A DNA stretch of 62,116 nt, counting the filler. It is 4 parts of 4 records of this genome, joined end to end, with 100 filler letters (N's around TTAATTAATTAA, not from the genome) between each part and the next. Parts side by side here need not be neighbours in the genome. Positions count along the whole stretch, not along the records: positions 30,478 to 43,480 come from SRR22947727_3186; positions 43,581 to 62,116 come from SRR22947727_3188; 2 more parts are not named here. The stretch is one strand, 5' to 3'. Positions 42,021 to 51,555 of this stretch are shown piece after piece (position 1 is the stretch's first letter; each line of letters starts with the position of its first letter). The position numbers and the translations under genes are program-made. The notes below the pieces were generated by a model. That model saw nothing but the letters and a program-made list of their open reading frames with translations. It ran no database searches and had not been told where the DNA came from.

Positions 42021-42494
42021 ATGCCGAAATCGACGTCGACCCGGGCTGTGGCTCTGGATGATTCCTCCAAGGAAATCATCAGCCAGCTCCAGCGCGACGG
42101 CCGAAAGTCCTACGCGGAAATCGGAAAAGCTGTGGGACTGAGCGAAGCAGCTGTTCGTCAGCGGGTGAGCAAGCTCACCGACGCCGGCATCATGCAGATC
42201 GTGGCAGTCACGGACCCCGCCCAATTGGGGTTCCATCGGCAAGCCATGATCGGCATACGGGTGAACGGTGACGCCAGAAAAGTCGCCAACACTCTCACAT
42301 CAATCGAGCAGGTGGACTACCTCGTGTTGACCACCGGACGCTTCGACATCCTCGCCGAAATTGTCTGTGCGGATGATCACGAACTGAGAGAGATTCTGCA
42401 CGGATCCATCCGCACCATTGACGGTGTGGTGGATACCGAAACCTTTACCTACCTATCACTAGAGAAAGAACACTACGACTGGGGAACACGATGA
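42021..42494 (+). CDS. Lrp/AsnC-family regulator
   Basis: LQRDGRKSYAEIGKAVGLSEAAVRQRV, TTGRFD. Confidence 0.93.
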   Translation: MPKSTSTRAVALDDSSKEIISQLQRDGRKSYAEIGKAVGLSEAAVRQRVSKLTDAGIMQIVAVTDPAQLGFHRQAMIGIRVNGDARKVANTLTSIEQVDYLVLTTGRFDILAEIVCADDHELREILHGSIRTIDGVVDTETFTYLSLEKEHYDWGTR

Positions 42495-43480
42495 CGATCA
42501 TTGACAAACTGAAACTGAAGAGAAGCACCAAACCAGCCAAGCCGAAGACTGCCAAGCGCCCTAAGAAGGCGGAGACTTTGCAGGACAAGGCACGGGATCA
42601 CCTGTGGATGCACTTCACGCGCCAGGGCCCGCTCTCGGGTGGCGCTGATGTCCCCGTCATCGTCAAAGGAAACGGCCACCACATTTGGGACGACAAAGGC
42701 AAGCGCTACATCGATGGTCTCGCCGGTCTCTTCGTGGTCAACGCCGGTCACGGTCGCGCCCGCCTTGCCGAGGTAGCCCGTCAGCAAGCTGAAGAGCTGG
42801 CCTTCTTCCCCCTCTGGTCCTATGCCCACCCCGCTGCTATTGAACTGGCGGACAAGCTGGCCGATTACGCACCGGGTGATTTGAACAAGGTCTTCTTCAC
42901 CACCGGAGGTGGTGAAGCCGTGGAGAGTGCCTTCAAGCTGGCCAAACAGTATTGGAAGCTCAAGGGTCACCCGATGAAGCACAAGGTCATCTCTCGCTAT
43001 GTCGCCTACCACGGGACCCCGCAGGGAGCACTTGCCATTACCGGTATCCCCTCGATGAAGGCCATGTTTGAGCCCCTCACTCCGGGTGGTTTCCGAGTTC
43101 CGAACACCAACTACTACCGCGCTGAGGAAATGGGTTTCCCCGGTGGCACAGAGGAAGAGTTTGGTCTCTGGGCAGCGAATCGCATTGAGGAAATGATTGA
43201 GTTCGAGGGCCCCGACACCGTGGCGGCTGTATTCCTCGAGCCTGTCCAAAACTCGGGTGGATGTTTCCCCCCGCCCCCTGGATACTTCCAACGGGTTCGA
43301 GAGATTTGTGACAAGCACAATGTCTTGCTGGTCAGCGACGAGGTTATCTGTGCGTTTGGGCGCATTGGTGAAATGTTCGCCTGCAACGCCTTTGACTATG
43401 TCCCCGACATCATCACCTGTGCCAAGGGCATGACCAGTGGGTACTCCCCCATCGGCGCGATGATCACCAGCGACCGGTTG
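42491..43480 (+). CDS. Class III omega-aminotransferase, 3'-truncated
   Basis: HLWMHFT, YIDGLAGL, GGEAVE, AYHG, DEVICAFGR, CAKG. Confidence 0.92.
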
Positions 43481-43580
43481 NNNNNNNNNNNNNNNNNNNN
43501 NNNNNNNNNNNNNNNNNNNNNNNNTTAATTAATTAANNNNNNNNNNNNNNNNNNNNNNNNNNNNNNNNNNNNNNNNNNNN
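43481..43580. other. Artificial contig spacer
   Basis: N-run with TTAATTAATTAA. Confidence 0.99.
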
Positions 43581-45206
43581 CGCGGCATCAAACATTCGGT
43601 GCTGGTTGGTTATATCGCGCGTAAACTTGGCTGTCCGGTTCGCCTGATTGAAGACCGGCTGGAAAATATGCGGGCTGGTGACGCACATGGGCCGGAACGC
43701 AAATTTGATATCACAATTGCCTTTGATCAAGATGGCACGGTTCGATCAATGAAAATGCGCGCGCTTGATAATGCCGGTGCCTATGCTGGCCGAGCGCCAT
43801 TCCAGCTTGGCAAGCCAATCAGCGCCATTGTTGGCCCTTATCAAATCAATTCGGTGGCCTATCATGCGCTGTCGGTAACAACCAATAAAACGGTTCAAGA
43901 AGCGGTTCGCGGCTTTGGCCAAGCGCCAACCAATTATGCGATTGAAACCGCGATGGATCGGGTTGCCGAATATCTTGGCATGGATCGGCTGGCATTGCGT
44001 CAGAAAAACCTAATCCGCAAAGATCAATTCCCCTATCTCATTCCAAGTGGCAGCTATTATGATAGTGGCGATTATCACGCGGTAATTGATAAGGTTCTTG
44101 CTGCTGCTGATTATCCGGCAATGCTTGCCGAACGCGACCGGCTTCGCGATGCGGGGATGATGGCTGGTATTGGCATTGCTGCCTGCCTTGAGCCAAGCGG
44201 TGGCAATTCGTCATTCGAGCCGTTGCTGAATCAAAGCAATCAGACATCAACATGGATGGAATCCTGTCAGGTCAATATTGACGCGCTTGGCAAGCTGACA
44301 GCACGAATTCACACAACATCATCGGGTCAAGGCCATGAAACGCTTGTGTCAACCGTGCTTGGCGAAGTCATGCAGATTGATCCGGAATTGATTCGCATCA
44401 CCCGGCCTAATTCGCTGGAAAGCCTGCCGGGAAATTCACCGGTTGGCAGTCGTATGGCAATTATGCTTGGCGGTGCTGCGGCGCGGGCGGGTGAAAAGCT
44501 AAAAGCCAAAATCATGGCCATTGCGGCGCACCGGCTTGGCGTTGCCATTGACCAGCTTCGCTATGAGGGTGGTGACGTCCTGGCGCATGATGGCCGCCGG
44601 TTTACATGGGATGAAATGGTTGAACTGGCGCATCGCCAATATCACAATCTTCCCGATGGAATGGATCCGGGGCTTGCCAGTTTTGATATTATGCAAGTGC
44701 CAACCGGCGATGCCTTGCCGGTTGATGACAAGGTGCAGATGTATCCTTGCTATTCATTCGAATTTCACCTTTTGCTGGTGTCCTTTGATCCGATTATTGG
44801 CCGTCCCGATATTCATTCCTATGTCATTGGCCATGATTGTGGAACGGTGATTAATCCGGCCATTGTTAGTGGCATGACCTATGGCGGTATCGCGCATGGC
44901 ATTGGGGCGGCGCTGTTTGAAGAATTTGCCTATGACACCAATGGCCAGCTTTTGACGCAAAGTTTTCTTGATTATTTAATGCCTTCGTCACATGAGGTGC
45001 CCGCGATCCAGATTGTCAAACATTGCACGCCGTCACCCCATACGGTTTTTGGCCAGAAGGGATCGGGTGAAAGCGGTTATCTTGGGGCACCCGCCGCCGT
45101 GTCGGCTGCGATTAATGATGCGGTTTCCAGCCTTGGTATCCATTTTGAAAAACTGCCAATTCGCATGAGTGCAATTAGCGATGCCATTGCCGCAAAAACA
45201 TCTTAA
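43581..45206 (+). CDS. Xanthine dehydrogenase-family molybdopterin-binding subunit, 5'-truncated
   Basis: NAGAY, VRGFG, GQGHET, DCGTVINP, GGIAHGIG, KGSGE catalytic Glu. Confidence 0.92.
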   Translation, partial: RGIKHSVLVGYIARKLGCPVRLIEDRLENMRAGDAHGPERKFDITIAFDQDGTVRSMKMRALDNAGAYAGRAPFQLGKPISAIVGPYQINSVAYHALSVTTNKTVQEAVRGFGQAPTNYAIETAMDRVAEYLGMDRLALRQKNLIRKDQFPYLIPSGSYYDSGDYHAVIDKVLAAADYPAMLAERDRLRDAGMMAGIGIAACLEPSGGNSSFEPLLNQSNQTSTWMESCQVNIDALGKLTARIHTTSSGQGHETLVSTVLGEVMQIDPELIRITRPNSLESLPGNSPVGSRMAIMLGGAAARAGEKLKAKIMAIAAHRLGVAIDQLRYEGGDVLAHDGRRFTWDEMVELAHRQYHNLPDGMDPGLASFDIMQVPTGDALPVDDKVQMYPCYSFEFHLLLVSFDPIIGRPDIHSYVIGHDCGTVINPAIVSGMTYGGIAHGIGAALFEEFAYDTNGQLLTQSFLDYLMPSSHEVPAIQIVKHCTPSPHTVFGQKGSGESGYLGAPAAVSAAINDAVSSLGIHFEKLPIRMSAISDAIAAKTS

Positions 45207-45286
45207 CCCCTTTTTGATTTGATCTAAAGCGCGCCCTTTCATTCATCAATTCACCACTTCATTCATTCACTGCGAGACCAACCCAA

Positions 45287-46261
45287 ATGATTATCGACAG
45301 CCATGCCCATTTCATTCCGCCAAGCCTGCTTGCCGCGATACAGGATCGCGCTGGCGAATTTGCCGCGCTTTCGCTTATCCATGATGAGTCAGGCAGTCTC
45401 GGCTTTTCCTTTGCCGGCAGCAAGCCAACACGCCCTGCCAGTAAAATGCTGTCAGATACGAAGGGGCGGCTTGAATGGATGGATGCCAATCAGATTGACC
45501 GGCAGGTGATTGGTGGCTGGCTTGATATGTTTGGCTATGAATTGCCGGTTGATGAAGGCCAGCGCTGGTCGGTCATGCTCAATGAACATCTTGGTCAGTT
45601 CTGCGCCGAAAATGATCGGTTTCTGCCGCTGGCAAGCCTGCCGATGCAGAATGGCATTGCCGCGGCAACGGTTCTTGATCAGGCACATCAAAACGGGTTT
45701 AAGGGTGCCATGATCGGCACCCAGCCAAAGGGCAAAGGCGGCGTTCTTGATGATCCTGAATTGACCCCATTTTGGGAATCGGCGCATCGCAATGGATCGG
45801 TTTTATTCATTCATCCGGTGTTTGATTCAGGCGATGATCGGGTCAATGATTATGGCATGAATAACGCGATTGGCCGCATCACCGATACCTTGATTGCGAT
45901 TTCGCGGATTATCTATTCAGGACATGTTGAAACCTATCATAATGCCAAGATTGTCATTGGTATTGGGGGGTCGGCATTGCCGTATGTTCTTGGCCGGATG
46001 ATGCGAAATTACAATCTTCATAAAGACACGCTTGCCGATCCGTCAAAGGCATTATCAATGCTGTATTACGATACTTTGCTTCATGATCCAGACGCGTTGG
46101 CCTTTTTGATTCGCGCGGTTGGGATTGACCGTATCATGCTTGGATCGGATATGCCGTTTCCGATTGGCGACCCATCGCCTCTTGCTGTTCTTGACGGGCT
46201 GGATATGGCCGACCGCAACAAGCTGGTCAATGGCGTTGCCAGCCAGCTATTTGGGCTTTGA
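45287..46261 (+). CDS. Amidohydrolase-2 (ACMSD-like decarboxylase/hydratase) family protein
   Basis: DSHAH, PFWE, FIHP, YYDT, GSDMPF. Confidence 0.88.
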   Translation: MIIDSHAHFIPPSLLAAIQDRAGEFAALSLIHDESGSLGFSFAGSKPTRPASKMLSDTKGRLEWMDANQIDRQVIGGWLDMFGYELPVDEGQRWSVMLNEHLGQFCAENDRFLPLASLPMQNGIAAATVLDQAHQNGFKGAMIGTQPKGKGGVLDDPELTPFWESAHRNGSVLFIHPVFDSGDDRVNDYGMNNAIGRITDTLIAISRIIYSGHVETYHNAKIVIGIGGSALPYVLGRMMRNYNLHKDTLADPSKALSMLYYDTLLHDPDALAFLIRAVGIDRIMLGSDMPFPIGDPSPLAVLDGLDMADRNKLVNGVASQLFGL

Positions 46262-46300
46262 TCCGCTGCGATCCAATCAGATGAGGCGAGGAGACATATC

Positions 46301-46750
46301 GTGAATATTGAGTTGAATGGCAGCGAACAAATCAATACCAGTCCGGTAAATCTGTGGGAGTCGGTTATTGATCCAGTGGTTTTGCAACGCGCGATTCCGG
46401 GTTGTATCAGCATGACCGAAACCGGCGAAGGTCAATATCAAATGACCTTGGAATTGAAAGTGGCGGCGGTTGGTGGCAGTTTTGAAGGGGCGGTATCGCT
46501 TTCCGAAATGAACCCACCGCATAGCTGTATCATTACCGTGTCGGGAAGCGGCACGCTTGGCACAGGTGGTGGCAATGCCACTGTTGCCATTACCGAAGGC
46601 GATGATGGCAATGCGCTGATTTCCTATCAGGCGCAAGGCGAGGTGAGCGGGCTTGTTGCCGGTGTCGGCCAGCGCATTTTGATGGGGGTTGCCAAACATC
46701 TGGCACGCCAGTTCTTTGCCGCTTTGAAAAAGGAATTTGCCGCAGCCTAG
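46301..46750 (+). CDS. CoxG/SRPBCC-family protein
   Basis: DPVVLQRAIPGC, VAGVGQR, QFF; AGGAG before GTG. Confidence 0.88.
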   Translation: MNIELNGSEQINTSPVNLWESVIDPVVLQRAIPGCISMTETGEGQYQMTLELKVAAVGGSFEGAVSLSEMNPPHSCIITVSGSGTLGTGGGNATVAITEGDDGNALISYQAQGEVSGLVAGVGQRILMGVAKHLARQFFAALKKEFAAA

Positions 46751-46813
46751 TTATTGCGGCCAGCCGTGATCAGTCTATCCAGTCGTGATCAGTTATTTAT
46801 GGAGAGCATTTTG

Positions 46814-48475
46814 ATGAAAACCTATGATGTGGTTGCAGCCGCGATTGAGGCACAGGAAACAGGGCATTGTTTTGCGCTTCTTGGTGATGGCAATATGCAT
46901 TTTGCCGGTGCGCTTGCCCATCTTGGCATGCCCTTTACCTATGCACGGCATGAACATTGCGCGGTATCGATGGCGATGGCCTATGCGCGGGTGACAGGAC
47001 GCCCCGGTCTTGCCACGGTAACTTGCGGCCCGGGTCTGACGCAGGTGATGACTGGTCTTGCTGCCGCCGTGCGGGCGCGCATCCCGCTGGTGCTGTTTGT
47101 AGGTGAATCGCCGCTTCGCAATTCATGGTATAATCAGGAAATTGACCAGGCCCCTTTTGTGACCGCGTGTGGTGCAGAATATGTTCGTATCTTGCACAAG
47201 CCGCGAATCACGCGGCAGATCCAAGATGCTTTTGCGCGGACGCAAATGACCGGCATTCCGATTGTGATTGGCATGCCGTTTGACCTTCAGGAAAGTGACT
47301 GGGGCGATCTTGCCTATAAAGTCGAAAAGGCGGCTGACCTGATACCTGCCGCTGGCAAGATGTTTCCCGATCCGGCAAATGTAACCTCAATCGCGGCGAT
47401 GGTGGCGGCGGCAAAAAAGCCGGTGATCATTGGCGGGCGCGGTGCAATCGCAGCCGATGCTGGGCCGTCTTGTATGCGCCTTGCCGATCATATTGGCGCT
47501 ATATTGCTAACCACCCTTCCGGCGCGTGGTCTGTTTCATCAATCGACGCATTCGCTGAATGTGGTTGGGGGGTTTGCTTCGGATATGGCACGCGAGGCCT
47601 GTCTTGACGCTGATCTGATCATTGCCGTTGGCACCAGTCTGGCATCGCATTCGGCCGATGCTGGCAAGCTTTATCCAAATGCCAAAATCCTGCATATCGA
47701 TACCAAGCCGGTGATCTATAGTCAGGGACGTGTTGCTGCGCATTTCCATTTATGTGCTGATGCCAAAATTGGTGTTGATGCGCTTATCAGTGAAATTGAA
47801 ACTAGCTATGGCACAGCAGCAGCCGACAATAGCTGGCGCAATGCGTTGGTCGCCAAACAAGATGCGGCCGAATATCCTGATGCCATGCCGTTTCAGGTTG
47901 CCCCTGATGTTCTTGACCCGCGCGCGATGATCAAGGCGCTGGATCAGAAACTGCCAAAAGACTGGTTCATGGTGAATTCATCCGGCCATTGTTCTTATTA
48001 TGCTGCGCATATGACCGGCCGTTCATCCGATGCGTTTTTGACCATTCGCGAATTTGGCGCGATTGGAAATGGCCTGTCTTATGCCATTGGTGTTGCTGCG
48101 GCACGCCCTGAAACACAGGTTGTTTTGATTGATGGTGATGGTGGGTTTTTGATGCATGCGCAAGAGTTGGAAACTGTTGCGCGCCATGGAATCAAGCTGT
48201 TGATGATTGTGATGAATGATGCGGCTTATGGGTCAGAAATCCACAAATTGCGCGTTGATGGCCATGACGAAGATGGTGCCGCCTTTGGCGCAACCGATCT
48301 TGCATCAATGGCGCGGGGCTTTGGCCTTGGCGGCGTGTCTTTCCGCAATCTTGATCATCTCGATTCGGCTTATGATGAATTTATCGCATCGGATAAAGCG
48401 GCTTTATGGGATTTTCATATTTCGGATCAGGTGGTCTCGCCAGTGATGCGTCGTCTGACCGCTGCCAAAAAATAA
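46814..48475 (+). CDS. Thiamine diphosphate-dependent enzyme, acetolactate-synthase-like fold
   Basis: ARHE, TCGPGLT, GDGGFLM...MNDAAYG; GGAG before ATG 46814. Confidence 0.9.
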   Translation: MKTYDVVAAAIEAQETGHCFALLGDGNMHFAGALAHLGMPFTYARHEHCAVSMAMAYARVTGRPGLATVTCGPGLTQVMTGLAAAVRARIPLVLFVGESPLRNSWYNQEIDQAPFVTACGAEYVRILHKPRITRQIQDAFARTQMTGIPIVIGMPFDLQESDWGDLAYKVEKAADLIPAAGKMFPDPANVTSIAAMVAAAKKPVIIGGRGAIAADAGPSCMRLADHIGAILLTTLPARGLFHQSTHSLNVVGGFASDMAREACLDADLIIAVGTSLASHSADAGKLYPNAKILHIDTKPVIYSQGRVAAHFHLCADAKIGVDALISEIETSYGTAAADNSWRNALVAKQDAAEYPDAMPFQVAPDVLDPRAMIKALDQKLPKDWFMVNSSGHCSYYAAHMTGRSSDAFLTIREFGAIGNGLSYAIGVAAARPETQVVLIDGDGGFLMHAQELETVARHGIKLLMIVMNDAAYGSEIHKLRVDGHDEDGAAFGATDLASMARGFGLGGVSFRNLDHLDSAYDEFIASDKAALWDFHISDQVVSPVMRRLTAAKK

Positions 48476-48500
48476 GGCTGGCAAAAAATAAGGTTGGCAA
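48461..48500. repeat. 16-bp tandem duplication spanning the stop codon
   Basis: GCTGCCAAAAAATAAG GCTGGCAAAAAATAAG GTTGGCAA. Confidence 0.7.
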
Positions 48501-48516
48501 GGATTAATGTCGGCGT

Positions 48517-49842
48517 CTAACCGTTCGATCGGGTGTCAGGCTTTTGTTTGCCATGCCGGATGGCAGGGACAAACCAGAACATTGACAGGCCAAGACAGGC
48601 AAAGCCAAGACTAATGGCAAAGCCGGTATTATAGCCGCCAGTGGTGTCATAGAGATATCCGGCCAGAAATGCGCCAAGCGCGGCACCGCAGCCTTGGCCA
48701 ATATTGGTGGCACCAAAAATAGAGGCAAGTCCCTGTCCGGCAAAAAGCTCGGCCATTTGCGCGGTGATGATCGGCCCGCGTGCGCCAGCTGACAGCCCGA
48801 AAGGCACAACAAATAATGCCAGCATCCACCAGCTCGGATAAAGCTGCAGCGCGGCAAGCGCAAGAATGCCAATGATCGTCAAACCATAGCTAAGGGTTGC
48901 GATAAGATGGCGCGAAAATCGTTCGGCCAGAATGCCGGTAAGGGCAATGCCAAGGATCGTCAGCATGCCAATACAGCCAAAGGCAAAGGCTGCCTGTACC
49001 GTGCTGAAGCCACACTCGATCAAATAGGCAACAGCCTGCAAAGAGACGGAAAAAACAGCGACGGCAGAGGCGCCGAAAATGCTGAAAAATCCCCAAAATT
49101 CGGGTCGCTTTATCGCCTCGCCCAATGACAATCCAGTTTTGGCTTTATGTGCCCGGGCATTATCTGGAAGGGTATTCGTTGAAAGGGCATCATGCTGATC
49201 GGCGGAGGCATTGGTTTCAGGTGATGATGTCGCCCCAGTGACACCGGCGGCAATCTGCGTCCATGGCAGCAATAAGATCAAGATAAAAGCCCCAATAAAG
49301 CCATAGCTTGCCAGCATATACGCATCTTGCCAGCCAAACGCTTCGATAGTGATTTGCGCTGCCGGTGCCAGCAACATCACGCCAATGCCTTGCCCCGAAT
49401 AGGCAATCGATAATGCCGTTGTTCGACCGCGCACAAACCAGCGCGCGATCAGGCTTTGCGTTGGCACAATCCCCACCATCGCCGCGCCAACACCGCCGCA
49501 AATGCCAATCACAAGATAGAAAGACAGGATCGATTCCAGCTTGCCAGCAAAGCCGTAACAACCGGCAAGCATGCCAAGGCCAATCATATAATTGAATCGC
49601 GGGCCAAGCCGGTCAAAAACCAAACCCGATAATAGCGAGCCAAAGCCGAATGCAACCATATAGATTGAATAGATCGAGGTTACGCTGGCACGATTCCAGC
49701 CAAAGCTATCGCTAAGTGGCAACAGGAAAATTGCATAGGTCTCACCCATGCCGCGGCTGGTGGCAATCATCATCAGACAAAAGGCAAAAACCGCCAATGC
49801 TGGTAAAAACCGTGTCGGTTCATGTTTTTTATGCGATGCCAT
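48517..49842 (-). CDS. MFS transporter (OFA/MCT-like)
   Basis: GLVFDRLGPR, ARWF..GR, GYLYDTTGGY. Confidence 0.87.
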   Translation of the reverse strand: MASHKKHEPTRFLPALAVFAFCLMMIATSRGMGETYAIFLLPLSDSFGWNRASVTSIYSIYMVAFGFGSLLSGLVFDRLGPRFNYMIGLGMLAGCYGFAGKLESILSFYLVIGICGGVGAAMVGIVPTQSLIARWFVRGRTTALSIAYSGQGIGVMLLAPAAQITIEAFGWQDAYMLASYGFIGAFILILLLPWTQIAAGVTGATSSPETNASADQHDALSTNTLPDNARAHKAKTGLSLGEAIKRPEFWGFFSIFGASAVAVFSVSLQAVAYLIECGFSTVQAAFAFGCIGMLTILGIALTGILAERFSRHLIATLSYGLTIIGILALAALQLYPSWWMLALFVVPFGLSAGARGPIITAQMAELFAGQGLASIFGATNIGQGCGAALGAFLAGYLYDTTGGYNTGFAISLGFACLGLSMFWFVPAIRHGKQKPDTRSNG

Positions 49843-50114
49843 GGCAAAGATTCGTCCAAATGGCCCGTTCTGGAACCGGCAACCCGAAATGGGCAAGCCT
49901 GATAATAAAATGATCTATAGCCAGCGGATAATTGGCCATATAAGCCTTTTTAGTTTTGGCCTGCATCTCTCAAATTGCAACTGACTTTTTCATCAAAAAT
50001 AAAATAAAATTTGCAAAGTTGGCTGGATTTTTTGCGCCAAATCGCGCCTCATAGATGATGATTAACCGACGCCATAAGGCAATCTTGCCAATGGCTGAAA
50101 CAGGATTAAAACCC

Positions 50115-51038
50115 ATGAATGTTCGTGATGCAGTGACGTCTTTTCCTACAAATCCAAAAATTGGCTTTATCGGGCTTGGCAATATGGGGGCGGCACTTGC
50201 GATGCGGTTACTCGATCCGGGTTTGATGGTTTATGATCCCGATCAAACGGCGATGAAACCCTTTATTGATGGCGGGGCAATCGCGGCCAGTGACCTTGCG
50301 GCAATGGCGAGGCAATGCGATATTATTTTTGCCTGCCTGCCAACCTCGGCGGTCACTGAGATGGTGTTATTTGGGGATGACGGCATGGCAGGCCATATGA
50401 AAGCCGGTCAGATTTTCATTGACATGACATCGGGCGATCCGGCGATAAGCCGTGATCAGGCGGCGCGTCTGAAACAGGCCGGCATTGATTTTGTCGATGC
50501 GCCGGTAAGCGGCGGCCCGCGTGGCGCGCGTGAAGGGGTGATTGCCATTATGGTTGGCGGTGATGCGGCACTCTATGCGCAGCTATTGCCTTTGCTTGGC
50601 CGTATCAGCAGCAATTGTTTCCATGCTGGGCCGGTTGGGGCGGGGCATGCGCTAAAGGCAGGCAATAATCTATTAAATCTGATTTGCCGGATGGCCAGTT
50701 TTGAGGTTGTATCCCTCTTGGTAAATGCCGGTGTTGACGCTGGTCGCGCGGTCGATATTTTGCAAAAAAGTTCGGGTCGAAACTATGCGACTGAAATCAC
50801 GTTGCCTGACAATATTCTGTCGGGAAAAATGCATCAGGGATTTTCCATGGCGCTGATGCAAAAAGATGCTGGATTAGCGCTTGGCATGGCGGCGGCGATG
50901 GCTCAGGATATGCCGCTTGGCGCATCGGCTTTTGACGCGCTGCAAGATGCGATTAACACGCATGGTGATGCGGCTGATATGAGCCTTGTCGCCCTTAGCT
51001 ATGAGGCGAAAACGGGCGCGCGCATCCGGCCTGAATAA
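50115..51038 (+). CDS. Beta-hydroxyacid dehydrogenase (3-hydroxyisobutyrate dehydrogenase family)
   Basis: GFIGLGNMG, VDAPVSGG, KAGNN, MQKD; start uncertain (50091 or 50115). Confidence 0.88.
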   Translation: MNVRDAVTSFPTNPKIGFIGLGNMGAALAMRLLDPGLMVYDPDQTAMKPFIDGGAIAASDLAAMARQCDIIFACLPTSAVTEMVLFGDDGMAGHMKAGQIFIDMTSGDPAISRDQAARLKQAGIDFVDAPVSGGPRGAREGVIAIMVGGDAALYAQLLPLLGRISSNCFHAGPVGAGHALKAGNNLLNLICRMASFEVVSLLVNAGVDAGRAVDILQKSSGRNYATEITLPDNILSGKMHQGFSMALMQKDAGLALGMAAAMAQDMPLGASAFDALQDAINTHGDAADMSLVALSYEAKTGARIRPE

Positions 51039-51093
51039 CCGGTAATCATATGGTGAACAGCCAAAGCAGATAATTCAAAAAGGAGATAAACAG

Positions 51094-51555
51094 ATGAAAC
51101 TAACCGTTTACCTATCGGGCGAAATTCATACCGATTGGCGTGATGAGGTGGCTGCGGCCTGTGCCAAGCAAAATCTTGATATCATGTTCTTGGGGCCAGT
51201 GACCGACCATGCGGCATCGGATGATTGCGGTGTTGAAATCATGGGTGCCGAACCCGATAAATTCTGGCATGATCATAAAGGTGCCAAGCTGAACGCAATC
51301 CGCACCCGAACCGCAATTGGCCGGGCCGATGTTGTTGTTGTACGCTTTGGTGAAAAATACAAACAATGGAATGCGGCTTTTGATGCCGGCTATGCTGCCG
51401 CACTTGGCAAGGCGCTTATCATTATGCATGGAAGTGATCACCAGCATGCCTTGAAAGAGGTTGATGGGGCAGCGCTGGCGACTGTCGAAACCGCCGATCA
51501 GGTGGCGGCCATTTTGGATTATGTCATCACAGGCAAATTACCGGCGGCATCATGA
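51094..51555 (+). CDS. YtoQ-family protein
   Basis: VYLSGEIHTDWR, HAASDDCG, RFGEKYKQWNAAFDAG; AGGAG SD. Confidence 0.9.
   Translation: MKLTVYLSGEIHTDWRDEVAAACAKQNLDIMFLGPVTDHAASDDCGVEIMGAEPDKFWHDHKGAKLNAIRTRTAIGRADVVVVRFGEKYKQWNAAFDAGYAAALGKALIIMHGSDHQHALKEVDGAALATVETADQVAAILDYVITGKLPAAS

Noticed and set aside
43581-46750. Aerobic CO dehydrogenase (coxL + coxG)
   Set aside because: Active-site loop AVRGFG matches neither CODH form; CoxG also accompanies other Mo-hydroxylases
48461-48500. Tandem repeat as CRISPR or functional array
   Set aside because: Only 2.5 adjacent copies, no spacers, no cas genes; likely local duplication
50020-50027. TTTGCAAA as a PccR site on contig 4
   Set aside because: Single octamer in an AT-rich tract with no cognate regulator on that contig
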